Origin: Longimicrobiales bacterium | GTDB lineage: Bacteria; Gemmatimonadota; Gemmatimonadetes; Longimicrobiales; Gaopeijiaceae | DNA: 64,000 bases | NCBI GenBank assembly: GCA_965202985.1 | Contig: CBDBCF010000001.1 | Span: 896,001-960,000 of the forward strand | Direction: 5' to 3' | Shown: in pieces, positions 33,060 through 43,041 of the stretch | How the letters are laid out: each line of letters opens with the position of its first letter | How positions within the stretch are numbered: the stretch's first letter is position 1 | Made by a program: the position numbers and the translations under genes | Notes under the pieces: model-generated | What the model saw: only the letters and a program-made list of their open reading frames with translations | Told to the model about the DNA's origin: nothing | Databases searched by the model: none

Positions 33060-36000
33060 CTAGAACAGGCTGCCTTGACGGGGACCGCGAGCCCCTGAAC
33101 CGGGACGCGCCGACCGAAGGTGGTTCTGAATCGACTCCAAGAGGGACCGTTCGTCCGAGCCTTCCGGGGCCAGCTCGATCACGGCCTGCACGATTCGGGC
33201 GAACAGGTCGTGACGCCACAGGCCGCGCCGTCCCAGGTAGGCGTCCACTCGGGAGCGCTCGCCCGTCTTCCACAGCTGCATCACTTTGTGCACGCAGTCG
33301 ATCAGGGGCGGAGCCCGACCGCTGGCGTCCGGTTCGCCCAGCTTGCGGTCCTTTCGGCGGTGCCAGGGCTGCAGGCGGAGATCGGCGCCCGAGCCCGCTT
33401 TCGCCAGCAGGTCCATGCGTCCCGCCAGCTCCGTGTCCGACACGTTGCACGAGAGGGCGTACAAGATGCACGCGCCCGCCGGGGCCTTCTCCATCCCGAA
33501 GTCGTTGCGGTGGAGCAGGTAGTAGGTGGTCGGGTCGTCCAGGTCGTCGGTCGCCCCGCCCTCGCGCCGCAGCAGCCGGTTCACGACGAAGCCGACGACC
33601 ATGCGCCGCACGCGACGAAGGAACTCGGCGACGGTCAGACGTTCGCCGGGCGCGTCGGCCAGCTTGACGACCGGGTGCTTGCTGAAGGCTTCGAGAGCGG
33701 GACCGGTGGCCGCCCACACGAAGTCGGGACCGCGAATGCCGGCGTCCCAGAAGTCGCGGAGGCGCTGCGTGATCTTCTCTTCCATCTCGGCGAGGACTCG
33801 ATGGTCCCAGCCGGGCTTGGTGCGGGCCGGGCGCTTGCGACAGACGATCCATATGGAGGAAGAGAGGGCGGCGGACGACATGGAGCGCTGGCGCGTCTGC
33901 ATCTCCGTCTGGATGGGCCACGACGCGGTCACGGTGAAACCGGCGCGGATCAACGCCGACACGAGCGTCTCCCAGGCGTCGGGCGACTTGTTGGCGAAGA
34001 CGAGGACGAGGCGACCGTCGTCGCGAAGCGCCTCCCAGAACCGCTTGAAGGCGCGGAACATGCCGTCTTCGTAGTTCTTCTTCGAGGCCGTGCGGTCGCC
34101 GTCGAAGCGGCTGGCGTCGTCGATAAGCTCGCCGTCCTGAGCTTCGTTGTCCCACTTCGGTCCCAGCGGCTCCGAGAAGACTTCGTCGATCTCCGGGGAC
34201 AATCCGTGCAGGACTCGCCGAAGCCAGACGTGGAAGAAATCCATCAGGTCGGAGTAGGGAATCGCGTCGTAGTAGGGCGGGTCGGTGCAGATGACGTCGA
34301 ATTCCGCTGAACCCTGGAAGTCTAGTGCGCTTCGCCGAAGAATTGTGGGCGGCGGCGCGGCGGATACGGCAGATTCGGCTCGCTCCACATAGCGGGCCAA
34401 CCATTTCGTCATAGCTGCGAAGCCGCCGGTCCTGGCCGACAGCGGATTGACCTCGCAGAAATCCCAGACCATGGGGAGGGCGAAACGGGCGAAGGTGTGC
34501 CCGAGTATTTCGAGGTTCTTGTGCCATGAGCAAAGCGAGCTGCCATAGTCGGTGAACTTACTCAGGGTACAAGCCAGGTACGCGATGATGGCCTCCTGCC
34601 ATTCTCCGGGATAGTCCGCCAACTCGTCGCGGCATCGGCGGATTTCTCGGACGAACAGGCCAAGTGCCAAGAGCTGACGGTTCGTGAACAGGCTGCGCCA
34701 AGTGGCGAAGCCGTAGCCGTCTACAGAAAACGCTCGTGCCGCTCCGGCTCCTGCTTTCGGCGTCGGCTCGTCCGGCAACCCATAAGGTATGTCCTTCCAG
34801 ACGTTCCGAAGGTCGTCTTCCGTCACGTCGGAGGCATCGGTCTCTTCCGGTGTGGGCGAGCGGTATTGCTTGCCCTTCTGACCGTCCACCACGACCGCAG
34901 TCATCGTAGCACCCAGGCGCCCAGCGCGACCTTCCCGGCGAAGGTCGGCCATCGTGAGGACGGAGTTGCATTCCGGGCACGTGACACCCGTCCGGCTCAT
35001 CGTGCCCGATCCCGTGCTGGGTCCGTTCGCCTCCTCCCCCAGTGTGTCGCCCCGCAACCCTTCCTCTGTCACTGACACGCCGCCGCCGGTACCATACACG
35101 CGGTAGCTTCCATCGCCTCTCCTTTTCTCCCCGAGCCAGACCTGCTTCCGGCCCTTCCTGCACAGCCAGCGCGTTTTCAGCAAGGGTACTGCAGCCCGAC
35201 AGTCGTTGCACGTCACCGTGCGCGCCCACAGATACGCCACGACCGGCTTCTCTACCCAGCGCGGGTTGCGCGGGTCCTTCAGGTACGTCGAATCGAATTC
35301 CTCGTTGAGCTGATCGACCGCCCCCGCAATGTCCAAACGCCGATCAAGCAGCTGCGGAGACCGGTGCTTCCATTCCTTCGGCTCCCCGGACGCGGTGCCT
35401 CGCCCTTTCCCGGCCGCGGGCTCAAACTCCGCGTAGGTCAGATACCGATATGCCAGCTCCGACCGCGCACGATCCATTGTGCGCCTTGCCCATGCGCGCA
35501 CATGCCACGCCAATTCCGCCACCACCAACGGCGGCGGCGTCTCTGGCAACGACGCTTCCTTTACCGAGGCACCAACCGCAGACCTCCAGGTACGCTCCAC
35601 GTTGGCGCAGAGCTTCGCACCCTTGAGTCCACGTGCCTTGAAGACCGCCTCTACAAAGTCGCGATCTTTCAGCGAAAAGGCCGGCAGCGGCAACCTCTCG
35701 CCCGCCACGAGACGCGGATAGTGCAGCGCGCACCGCAACACGAACCACGCCGTCGGACTCAGATCCGAAGCCACCACTGCCGCGCCGAGCCGCATCCCCT
35801 CCAGCGGAATCGCCCCGCCTCCCGCAAATGGGTCCAGCACACGCGGAATCCTTCCTTCCGAGCCTTCCATGATCGCCTTCCGAAAGCCGTCCAGAGCCAG
35901 CCGTCCCTCCTGGCCCCACCGACAGATGCCGCCTATCGTCTCCTCCTTCGTGTTCCCCTGATCGTCCTCCGTCTCGACGACATGCCCGGCCATCCGCTCC

Positions 36001-36206
36001 AGTATCTTGCGCCGTGCTTGGTCCGTCCTCACATCCTTCAGCAACGTCGCCAGAAGCACCGCCCGACTCGCCGCCAGCGGACGCCGTGCAGGCCAGATGT
36101 GCAACGTGGAAATGTGCCCATGCCGCACGTTCTTCTCGTGCACGGAGTCAATCGAAACTTGGCGGAGCGGGAAGGCCCCGTCTGCAATGCGGTGCGTGGT
36201 CACCAT
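33060..36206 (-). CDS. DUF1156-domain adenine-specific DNA methyltransferase
   Basis: EKNVRHGHISTLHIWPARRPLAASRA, LDPFAGGGAIPLE, Zn-ribbon CNDC/CPEC, TDPPYYD. Confidence 0.9.
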   Translation of the reverse strand: MVTTHRIADGAFPLRQVSIDSVHEKNVRHGHISTLHIWPARRPLAASRAVLLATLLKDVRTDQARRKILERMAGHVVETEDDQGNTKEETIGGICRWGQEGRLALDGFRKAIMEGSEGRIPRVLDPFAGGGAIPLEGMRLGAAVVASDLSPTAWFVLRCALHYPRLVAGERLPLPAFSLKDRDFVEAVFKARGLKGAKLCANVERTWRSAVGASVKEASLPETPPPLVVAELAWHVRAWARRTMDRARSELAYRYLTYAEFEPAAGKGRGTASGEPKEWKHRSPQLLDRRLDIAGAVDQLNEEFDSTYLKDPRNPRWVEKPVVAYLWARTVTCNDCRAAVPLLKTRWLCRKGRKQVWLGEKRRGDGSYRVYGTGGGVSVTEEGLRGDTLGEEANGPSTGSGTMSRTGVTCPECNSVLTMADLRREGRAGRLGATMTAVVVDGQKGKQYRSPTPEETDASDVTEDDLRNVWKDIPYGLPDEPTPKAGAGAARAFSVDGYGFATWRSLFTNRQLLALGLFVREIRRCRDELADYPGEWQEAIIAYLACTLSKFTDYGSSLCSWHKNLEILGHTFARFALPMVWDFCEVNPLSARTGGFAAMTKWLARYVERAESAVSAAPPPTILRRSALDFQGSAEFDVICTDPPYYDAIPYSDLMDFFHVWLRRVLHGLSPEIDEVFSEPLGPKWDNEAQDGELIDDASRFDGDRTASKKNYEDGMFRAFKRFWEALRDDGRLVLVFANKSPDAWETLVSALIRAGFTVTASWPIQTEMQTRQRSMSSAALSSSIWIVCRKRPARTKPGWDHRVLAEMEEKITQRLRDFWDAGIRGPDFVWAATGPALEAFSKHPVVKLADAPGERLTVAEFLRRVRRMVVGFVVNRLLRREGGATDDLDDPTTYYLLHRNDFGMEKAPAGACILYALSCNVSDTELAGRMDLLAKAGSGADLRLQPWHRRKDRKLGEPDASGRAPPLIDCVHKVMQLWKTGERSRVDAYLGRRGLWRHDLFARIVQAVIELAPEGSDERSLLESIQNHLRSARPGSGARGPRQGSLF

Positions 36207-36240
36207 CCTAACCCCGTAGGCCGCCAAGCTAGCTTGCGGC

Positions 36241-37644
36241 TCACGATCCAGCCGCCAGTTCAATCAGGGACACGAGGGCCGGATGCCAGTGCGCCACCAT
36301 GTATACGCCGCCTCTTGTCTGCCATGTCTCCACGCGCTCCACATCTCTCACGACACACGAATAACTCTCTTCATCAAGGTTTCTTGTTACGTCAGCCAAT
36401 AACTCGGTCTCCGGCACACTGCCATCACTGGCCTCTTGCCGAAACCGCTGCAGCTCGGCGTAAGCTGTTGCCTCACCCGTACCCGGAGGCACATGCTCGT
36501 CGCATACTGCGTACAAGCGACCCTGTATACGATTCAGCCACGACGTGTCGCCTACAACGGCATTTTTGGACAAGAAATCGATCATCTTCCCAGCAACATG
36601 TTCGCCGCGGGCGAATTGCCGATAGAGGTCGTTGTTGATTAGTCGAACAACAATGACAGCCACAATTGTCTCGTAGTGGAAACCGATTTTCCCTTGAGCC
36701 ATATTGAGCGCAGCAACCGTCGCAATGCGTACACAATTTTCAATATCTCGAAGAGATAGACTCGCAAAGGTCCGTAGTACAGACGGTATCGCATCGACGA
36801 AAAGCCGACCGGCATTAACTCGAGCTGCTTCAATACTTGTTGAAATGGCATATTGTTTTACCAGATAAGAACAATACTCGAACGAATCTCTATGGGGCAA
36901 GGTGAATTCCATATCGAAGAACCGCCTGATGTACCCGTCCGTGTCAATATCACCATATAGTGATGCGACAGATTTGCACAGTTCGCGTCGATTGATACCG
37001 TAGACGAACACCAATCCGGGGATATCAAGCATGTGTTTAGTCCTCTCCAGAGTCGCGACAGCAAAATCCGGACGACAGCGATCAAGTTCGTCGACAATGA
37101 AGACCAACGGGTGCTCCGATTGTCTGCTCTCGATCACTTTGGTCAGTATCTTCCGAAGCTCAGATCGCGTCTTCGTCTGATCCTCATATGCTTTCAGGAT
37201 ATCGTCCTTGAAATCGGGGAGCGTCAAACCGAGTTTCGACGAAAAGCTTCGTGCATTCCGATGTGCCGCATCTTTCACGATTCTGGTTATTTCTGAACGA
37301 ATGTCCTTTCCGGTCTCATGCATGAGTCCGACAAGGAATGGAACGATAGGATCTTCAAAGAAATCGTCCTTCCATGCATTGTAGTAAATCATTCTCATCT
37401 GCTCCTCTATATTCTTCTCCACCTGCTTCTTCCAGCGTTCAAGAAAGAACGTCTTTCCGGTTCCCCAGTCGCCATTCAGCGCAACGACAAAGGGCCCCCT
37501 TTGGGCCTTGACCAAGTTCGTTAAGACATCTGCAACCTTCCAACGCTCTAGCTTATCATCGCTCCACGGATTCTCATGGTCAACCCTTGGCTCTCGTCGA
37601 GTGAGCGCCGTCATCCTGACATCCTTCGAATCGCTTGTCGTCAT
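36241..37644 (-). CDS. KAP-family P-loop NTPase
   Basis: DKLER, LNGDWGTGKT, YNAW..D, IVDELDRCRPD, YIRRFFD; lower GC; ATGA overlap with the upstream gene. Confidence 0.88.
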   Translation of the reverse strand: MTTSDSKDVRMTALTRREPRVDHENPWSDDKLERWKVADVLTNLVKAQRGPFVVALNGDWGTGKTFFLERWKKQVEKNIEEQMRMIYYNAWKDDFFEDPIVPFLVGLMHETGKDIRSEITRIVKDAAHRNARSFSSKLGLTLPDFKDDILKAYEDQTKTRSELRKILTKVIESRQSEHPLVFIVDELDRCRPDFAVATLERTKHMLDIPGLVFVYGINRRELCKSVASLYGDIDTDGYIRRFFDMEFTLPHRDSFEYCSYLVKQYAISTSIEAARVNAGRLFVDAIPSVLRTFASLSLRDIENCVRIATVAALNMAQGKIGFHYETIVAVIVVRLINNDLYRQFARGEHVAGKMIDFLSKNAVVGDTSWLNRIQGRLYAVCDEHVPPGTGEATAYAELQRFRQEASDGSVPETELLADVTRNLDEESYSCVVRDVERVETWQTRGGVYMVAHWHPALVSLIELAAGS

Positions 37645-38312
37645 AGTGTTCTGGCTCCACTCTTCGGCATCAGCAGAAAGGCGTGATGCAGTTTTGTTTG
37701 CGCCAGGCCCTGTCGGGTATGGCGGCTTTGCCGCACCCACGATTCGGCCAGCACATCGGATTCGGTCAACTGGTCCGCTTGGCGCTGGCGGCCAGTCAGG
37801 TACCGGTTGATCCCGGCGACTGCGCCGCCGACATCGCCCTGGACGACGAAGCCGACCATGAAGTCCTGGGCGTGGTCGGCACCGTACTTGCCGCTTCGGA
37901 AGCGGCAGACTCCTTGCGTCACGTACAGCCGGCACAGGTCCGAGTCTCCGCCGTGGACGCGCTTGCATTCGATGATCGCATGGGGATCGTGGCCTTCGAG
38001 GCGACCCAGGTAGATCGAGATGTCCGTCAGTCCAACGGCAGGCCCGTCCTCGGACGGAATGACTTCGGTCCCCGGAGTGATTCGCATTGGGCACAGGTTC
38101 TCGGAGGAATCGACGACTCTGCGCATGCCAGCGCGTAGCCTGTTCGTCATCGGAAGCTCCTGGGACAGGACGACGGCGTCCCTCTCCGCTACGTCTGCTG
38201 CGGCTCGCCAGCCGAGCTGGATCACTCGCAAGATGGCGATGATCGTGGCGTCCGCCAAGCTGACAGGGCCGCCGGGATGCGCGGCCAAGAGATCGGGCAG
38301 GCGGGAAGTCAC
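37641..38312 (-). CDS. Putative PD-(D/E)xK nuclease
   Basis: E..TDI...IIECKR spacing, YV..G..RF..GKY; GTGA overlap with the MTase stop. Confidence 0.6.
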   Translation of the reverse strand: MTSRLPDLLAAHPGGPVSLADATIIAILRVIQLGWRAAADVAERDAVVLSQELPMTNRLRAGMRRVVDSSENLCPMRITPGTEVIPSEDGPAVGLTDISIYLGRLEGHDPHAIIECKRVHGGDSDLCRLYVTQGVCRFRSGKYGADHAQDFMVGFVVQGDVGGAVAGINRYLTGRQRQADQLTESDVLAESWVRQSRHTRQGLAQTKLHHAFLLMPKSGARTL

Positions 38313-41242
38313 CGTCGCGATGCTCCGAGGCTGTCGATGACCGCTTGGCTTCCGTCCCCGAGTGCGCGGACGGCCATCCAGTGGCGGCGCGCCGCCGGTT
38401 TCACGACCACGATCTCCTCGCGACCGTAGCACTGCACCTCGCGATGGCCAACGGCGAAGTCGGTCAAGGGCGCATCCAGACCCTCACCAAGCCGGCCCAG
38501 GAACCTCCTCAGGTCCTCGCACGGCACGACATCCACGACCGGAGACCGGTGTCCGAGCTCCAGGACGAACCGCACCACTCGCAACGGCTCTTCATCCGGC
38601 AGGTCGTACACCTCTGCCCTCACCTGGTTGCGCTTCCCGGTCTGTAGTACGGAGTGGACGACCGACGCGAACACGCGAGCATACTCCTTCACGTCTTCGG
38701 TCGAACGGGCAGGTACCACGGACGCTTCCTCGCATTCGCGCCACTGCCACCCAGCGCGCGTCAGGCCGTCGCGGACCACGATGCGGTGATCCGCGGAAAG
38801 GCCGTACAGGTCGAGCACGGCTTCGTCGAGGAGGTGCCAATCTTCCTCTTCGACGGCTTCCCGACGCAGCCTCTGCACTAGCGCGACGATCCGACGGCCA
38901 GCGTTCGCCCGCAGGGCCGCGCCGACCTCCGGTACGCGCAACCGCTTCACGTCGGCGAGCTTGACGCGCCTTCGCCAAATCCCGTAGTCCGATGCGGTCA
39001 TCAAGAAGAACCACGACGCCAGCGACGACCCAAGGACACCGGCGAGCAAGCAAGCCGCCTCGCGGTCGTCCTTGTCGAAACGAGCACCAAAGAACGACTT
39101 CGTGAATACGGTGTCCGTGTCGGCAACGGCGGTGGCTACGCGCCCCGCGTGCTCGCGCGTGACCGCTTCCTTGACCAAGAGGAGGGGCGCCGAGTACACG
39201 CCCCGAGCCCTCGGACGCCTAGCAAACAGGCTGCGGAACACAGGCAGGTCGGTCGGTACGACGAAGGGCGAAAAGCCGCCTTGGGGCTCGAGGAACGGCA
39301 GGCCGTGCAGGAAGCGCGCATCTCGCCCTTTGCCCGGGGTCAGCCCTGCGGACAGCTTTGTGCCAAGGCGGCGGAGAGCCTCTTCCAGCGTCTGATGGTT
39401 CTCAAAGAGCCGATCCAGCAAGTCGGCGTCCCGATGGCCTCCGAAGAACGCCGCCTTCAAGAACTCGGGCCTGCGCTTCCAATACTCCAGCGGCAGCGTG
39501 GTTCCGTCGCTGGGCGCGATCTGAAACGTGTGGGTTCTCTTGCCGTCGGGCGTCCACGGAACTTGATATGTGGAGATCAGCTTTGCGCGGCCGACCGGTT
39601 CCCTTTGCCTGGCGAACAAGACGATCCCGGGCATGGAAGCCTTGGGAAACAGCCAGCCGGACAAGTTGGACAGGTTCACCAGCGTAACCGGGGAAAGATC
39701 GGTCACCAGCTGCCGCAGTGCCCGCCACGTGTTGCCGGTCAGGCCAAAGAAATGAGGTCCGCCCAATACCAGTCCGAAACGGGTGCGCGACGACGAGTAC
39801 TCGGTGGCCGTGTGAAGGAAGTCCAGGCTTACGCCCCGGGAGGCGCGGACGCCGGTTCGCGCCCGGCGCGCCTGCAGAGTCGGCGTCTGGGAGTAGCTCC
39901 ATGGCGGGTTGCCCACGATCACGTCGAACGCTCGATCGCCGGTTTGCTGCCGCAAGCTGGAACGCTCCTTCCATACGTCGCCCTTGAACAAAGTGTTGCC
40001 GATCAGGGGCTGGAAGGCCAGAGCGTCCGGCGGCTCCGGGCTGGGATCGAGCTCCAAAGCAGTCAGATAGAGGCTGAAGGCCGCGACGTGCACGGCGGCC
40101 TCGCTGATGTCCATGCCGAATACCTGCTCGTACAGCGTCTCGCGGACCAGCTCCCGAGTGGGCTGCGCATCCCCCGCCCGCTTGTCAACCAGCCTGCGCA
40201 ACGCCTCCACCAGGAACACGCCGGAGCCGCAAGTCAGGTCCAGCACGGTCTCGTCCCCGCTGCACTCGTTCAGGACCTCGTCCAGGACCAGCGAGACCAG
40301 CGAAAGTCGCGTGTAATGCACGTCCTTTTCGGCAGTACTGGCCGCGGTGTGCTCACGGGCGAACTGCTCGTAGATGGAACTGACGAGTTCGACGGGGATT
40401 ATATCGAATTGATACGGGAATAGCGTCGTTTGGCCATCGGCACCAACGCCGTCGAGGAAGTCGGCCACCCGGCGGGTTTGGTGGGCCTCGGCAACGCCGC
40501 CGTTGCTGGGGAACATGTCGCCATTGAAGGTGTCGCGAAGCCAGTCGAACAGTCGCTCCGACTTGGCCCTGTGGCGCAGGACTTCCGACAGCGTGGAACA
40601 GCCGCAAGTATCCTCTAGGAAGTCCTTGGTGACGATTCGGCGATCCACCAGGTACTGTGCGAAGATCGAGCGGCCGATCAAGCTTTGCGTGTTGGGCCGC
40701 TTCATGCCGGAGTTCGCCAGTTCGCGCACCAGCCTGGCGATGTCGCGAAGCAAGAGGCGATCTACGCTGGTGTTCCTGTTGAGCCCCCTGCCCATGGAGT
40801 CCTGCCAGAAGCGGCCGGTCTCCATGGCCAAGCGGCCAGCGACCATGTCGAGTTCCCTGAGCTCGCTTCCGCGTTGCTTGAACGTTCCGATGCGGTGAGC
40901 GTCGGCGTCGCCCTGCCCCTCGGGCTGAGCAAATCCGTTGTAGATGTCGACCTTGTCCGGCGAGACCACCCAGAGCAGGGGCGCAAAGCCTTCGTTCCAC
41001 ACCTCCTGGCGCCACTTTGCAACCGTAGTCGGCGACGGCGGGGTGTGTTCGTACTTGAAGTAGACCTTGAGCGACGACCGGCTGCGCCATGTGGCGTCGG
41101 GCTGGAAGTTGCGGGCGCGACGGGCGTCGCGGGCGTCTTGCTCCAGCGACAGGTCGTTGGGCACCGGCCCCGCGGTGGTCAGGTATCCGGTAGCCTCCAG
41201 AACATCATAGAGGGGCTGAGGAGCCGCAGACACCGAACTCAT
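38309..41242 (-). CDS. Large N6-adenine DNA methyltransferase (Type IIG/Eco57I-like layout)
   Basis: IPVELVSSIYEQF, HYT, LDLTCGSGVFL, GMDI, GNPPW; long C-terminal TRD-like region; alternative start 41251. Confidence 0.85.
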   Translation of the reverse strand: MSSVSAAPQPLYDVLEATGYLTTAGPVPNDLSLEQDARDARRARNFQPDATWRSRSSLKVYFKYEHTPPSPTTVAKWRQEVWNEGFAPLLWVVSPDKVDIYNGFAQPEGQGDADAHRIGTFKQRGSELRELDMVAGRLAMETGRFWQDSMGRGLNRNTSVDRLLLRDIARLVRELANSGMKRPNTQSLIGRSIFAQYLVDRRIVTKDFLEDTCGCSTLSEVLRHRAKSERLFDWLRDTFNGDMFPSNGGVAEAHQTRRVADFLDGVGADGQTTLFPYQFDIIPVELVSSIYEQFAREHTAASTAEKDVHYTRLSLVSLVLDEVLNECSGDETVLDLTCGSGVFLVEALRRLVDKRAGDAQPTRELVRETLYEQVFGMDISEAAVHVAAFSLYLTALELDPSPEPPDALAFQPLIGNTLFKGDVWKERSSLRQQTGDRAFDVIVGNPPWSYSQTPTLQARRARTGVRASRGVSLDFLHTATEYSSSRTRFGLVLGGPHFFGLTGNTWRALRQLVTDLSPVTLVNLSNLSGWLFPKASMPGIVLFARQREPVGRAKLISTYQVPWTPDGKRTHTFQIAPSDGTTLPLEYWKRRPEFLKAAFFGGHRDADLLDRLFENHQTLEEALRRLGTKLSAGLTPGKGRDARFLHGLPFLEPQGGFSPFVVPTDLPVFRSLFARRPRARGVYSAPLLLVKEAVTREHAGRVATAVADTDTVFTKSFFGARFDKDDREAACLLAGVLGSSLASWFFLMTASDYGIWRRRVKLADVKRLRVPEVGAALRANAGRRIVALVQRLRREAVEEEDWHLLDEAVLDLYGLSADHRIVVRDGLTRAGWQWRECEEASVVPARSTEDVKEYARVFASVVHSVLQTGKRNQVRAEVYDLPDEEPLRVVRFVLELGHRSPVVDVVPCEDLRRFLGRLGEGLDAPLTDFAVGHREVQCYGREEIVVVKPAARRHWMAVRALGDGSQAVIDSLGASRR

Positions 41243-42564
41243 TCGATCCATGGCTCGTACTGGAGGATCGTCGGCTTGACCAGGACTTCGGGGATGCGGA
41301 TCAGCAGGACAGTTCCGACCGAGTCGGTCACAAGCAACGCCTCTCCCGGCGCGAAGTGAACGGGCTGCTCGGCACCCTTGTTGATCGTGGCGCCGGAAAC
41401 GTGGAGGCTGGTTCTGTCATAGGCGTCGCGGACGGGGTTGAGCCTGGCGCGGAGGCCCGGGAGTTCGCCTGCGCCGTCGGGGAAGACGACGGAACCACCG
41501 CCGGGAAGCGCCGCGAGCTCAAGGTCGAGCGAGAGGGCGGTGCGGTTCGGCGCCCATTCTCGTACGACGTGCGCCGCAAAGCCGGGAGCTGCCGCGAACA
41601 CCGTCATGGGCAGGTGCGTCGAGTGCAGGTCGGCGGCGGCGGCGCCCTCGACGTTGGTCGCGGCTCGGCGGTACGTCCCGTCGGGGAAGATCAAGAGGAT
41701 GTCGGCGTCGGCAACCGGTCGGCCGTCCGAGCGGACCGTCAGGCCGACGCTGCCGGGCGTCCACCCAAGGGGCGCGGCGGGAATCTCAAGGCGCAGTTCG
41801 GTGTTGCTGACCAGCTCGTAGGACGGTGACTTGGCGCCGAGAGCCTCGGTCTCCCGACGGATGATGCCCACGCCGTCGCCGCGCTTCTCCATGAAGTACT
41901 GGCGGTCGCCGGAGCCCCTGACGTCGGTGCAGCTCATGCGCGCCAGCGCGGAGGCCAGGGCCTCGTTCCGGGTGGCCTGCTGGCTGTCCATGATGTCGAC
42001 CCGGAGGCCGTTGGCCAGCGAGCCGGGCGACTGAACTTCCACCCTGTCCTCGAAGACGGACACGCGAATCCGGCGTCCGGCCATTGAATAGTCGCGGTGC
42101 GCCACCGCGTTGACCACGGCCTCGAAGACGGCGCGCGCGCTGTACTGCGGAAGCTCTACCCGGCCGGGTTCCTTGCGGGCCGCAACCCGCATGTTGCGAA
42201 GCACGAAGGCCACCGTCGCGCCGATCTGCTTGTCCAGCGGCCCGCAGATCGTCTCGGCGTCGACCTGCATGGAAGCGCGGTCCGAACCCCGATAGCAGGT
42301 GGCGGTTACGCACGCGTGGTCCAGCCACGTTTCCGGCGCCCGTGCGCACAGCAACAGGCCGGCAACAGACGCCCGGAGCGTCCCCCGCTCGTCTCGCGCC
42401 AGCAGTCCCATCTTCTCCAGCGCGACCTCGGGATCCGCCATGCCGTGCGTGCTCACCAGGCGCTTCCACAGCGGCTCGTCCAGGCTTTGGAAGCCGGTGT
42501 CCGGCACCGCCGCCTTGTCCAGCCACGTGAAGCGCGACATGGCGCGTTCCTGGGCAAGGCGCAA
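41239..42564 (-). CDS. HATPase_c_4/RecG-C-like protein with beta-rich C-terminal domain, N-terminal Schlafen/AlbA_2 domain absent (possible fragment)
   Basis: FEAVVNAVAHRDYS, FEDRVEVQSPGSL, RNEALA, EKRGDGV motifs; begins abruptly at a TTG with no evident RBS. Confidence 0.7.
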   Translation of the reverse strand: MRLAQERAMSRFTWLDKAAVPDTGFQSLDEPLWKRLVSTHGMADPEVALEKMGLLARDERGTLRASVAGLLLCARAPETWLDHACVTATCYRGSDRASMQVDAETICGPLDKQIGATVAFVLRNMRVAARKEPGRVELPQYSARAVFEAVVNAVAHRDYSMAGRRIRVSVFEDRVEVQSPGSLANGLRVDIMDSQQATRNEALASALARMSCTDVRGSGDRQYFMEKRGDGVGIIRRETEALGAKSPSYELVSNTELRLEIPAAPLGWTPGSVGLTVRSDGRPVADADILLIFPDGTYRRAATNVEGAAAADLHSTHLPMTVFAAAPGFAAHVVREWAPNRTALSLDLELAALPGGGSVVFPDGAGELPGLRARLNPVRDAYDRTSLHVSGATINKGAEQPVHFAPGEALLVTDSVGTVLLIRIPEVLVKPTILQYEPWIE

Positions 42565-42567
42565 CCG

Positions 42568-43041
42568 TCAGGCTCCGGCCGACTTAGGCGAAGGTGGCGG
42601 TGGAGGGGGCCGGTAATCCGGCTTCACAAGGCCCGGCGGCTTGGGCGTCTTGCCCCCGGTCCTGGGTGGAGCTGGTGCCGCCTTCAGTCTGACCGCCGAC
42701 AACTTGGTGAGCCTTTGGTTGCGGGGGTCGACCTGCACGCCCACCGACTCCAGGGCCGTGACGCCGAGCAAGGGCTCCACGTCGGCCCCGCCGAACACCA
42801 CGAGCCCCGCCGTCAGTTCGCCCATGAACTCGATCCGTGCTGTCGCAATGTCCATTTCGACCTCGGCGCCATCGGCCAGTTCGTAGGTCCTCGTGCTTTC
42901 GGGGACTACGCCGATAGCGCCAAGGATCGGCCTGGGCACGACCGAGTCCGTCGCCCCGGTATCGACCAGCATGGGGCCGGTCCAGCTCCGAGACCGGTCG
43001 GCCGGGTTGGTCAAGGTGACGTCAACGTGGATTACTCCCAT
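42568..43041 (-). CDS. Clan AA (retropepsin-like) aspartic protease with Pro-rich tail
   Basis: LVDTGAT, YELADG, PLLGVTALES. Confidence 0.85.
   Translation of the reverse strand: MGVIHVDVTLTNPADRSRSWTGPMLVDTGATDSVVPRPILGAIGVVPESTRTYELADGAEVEMDIATARIEFMGELTAGLVVFGGADVEPLLGVTALESVGVQVDPRNQRLTKLSAVRLKAAPAPPRTGGKTPKPPGLVKPDYRPPPPPPSPKSAGA

Noticed and set aside
42568..42570. Selenocysteine recoding of the in-frame TGA
   Set aside because: It lies in a low-complexity linker, not at a catalytic Cys position, and I could not support a SECIS hairpin
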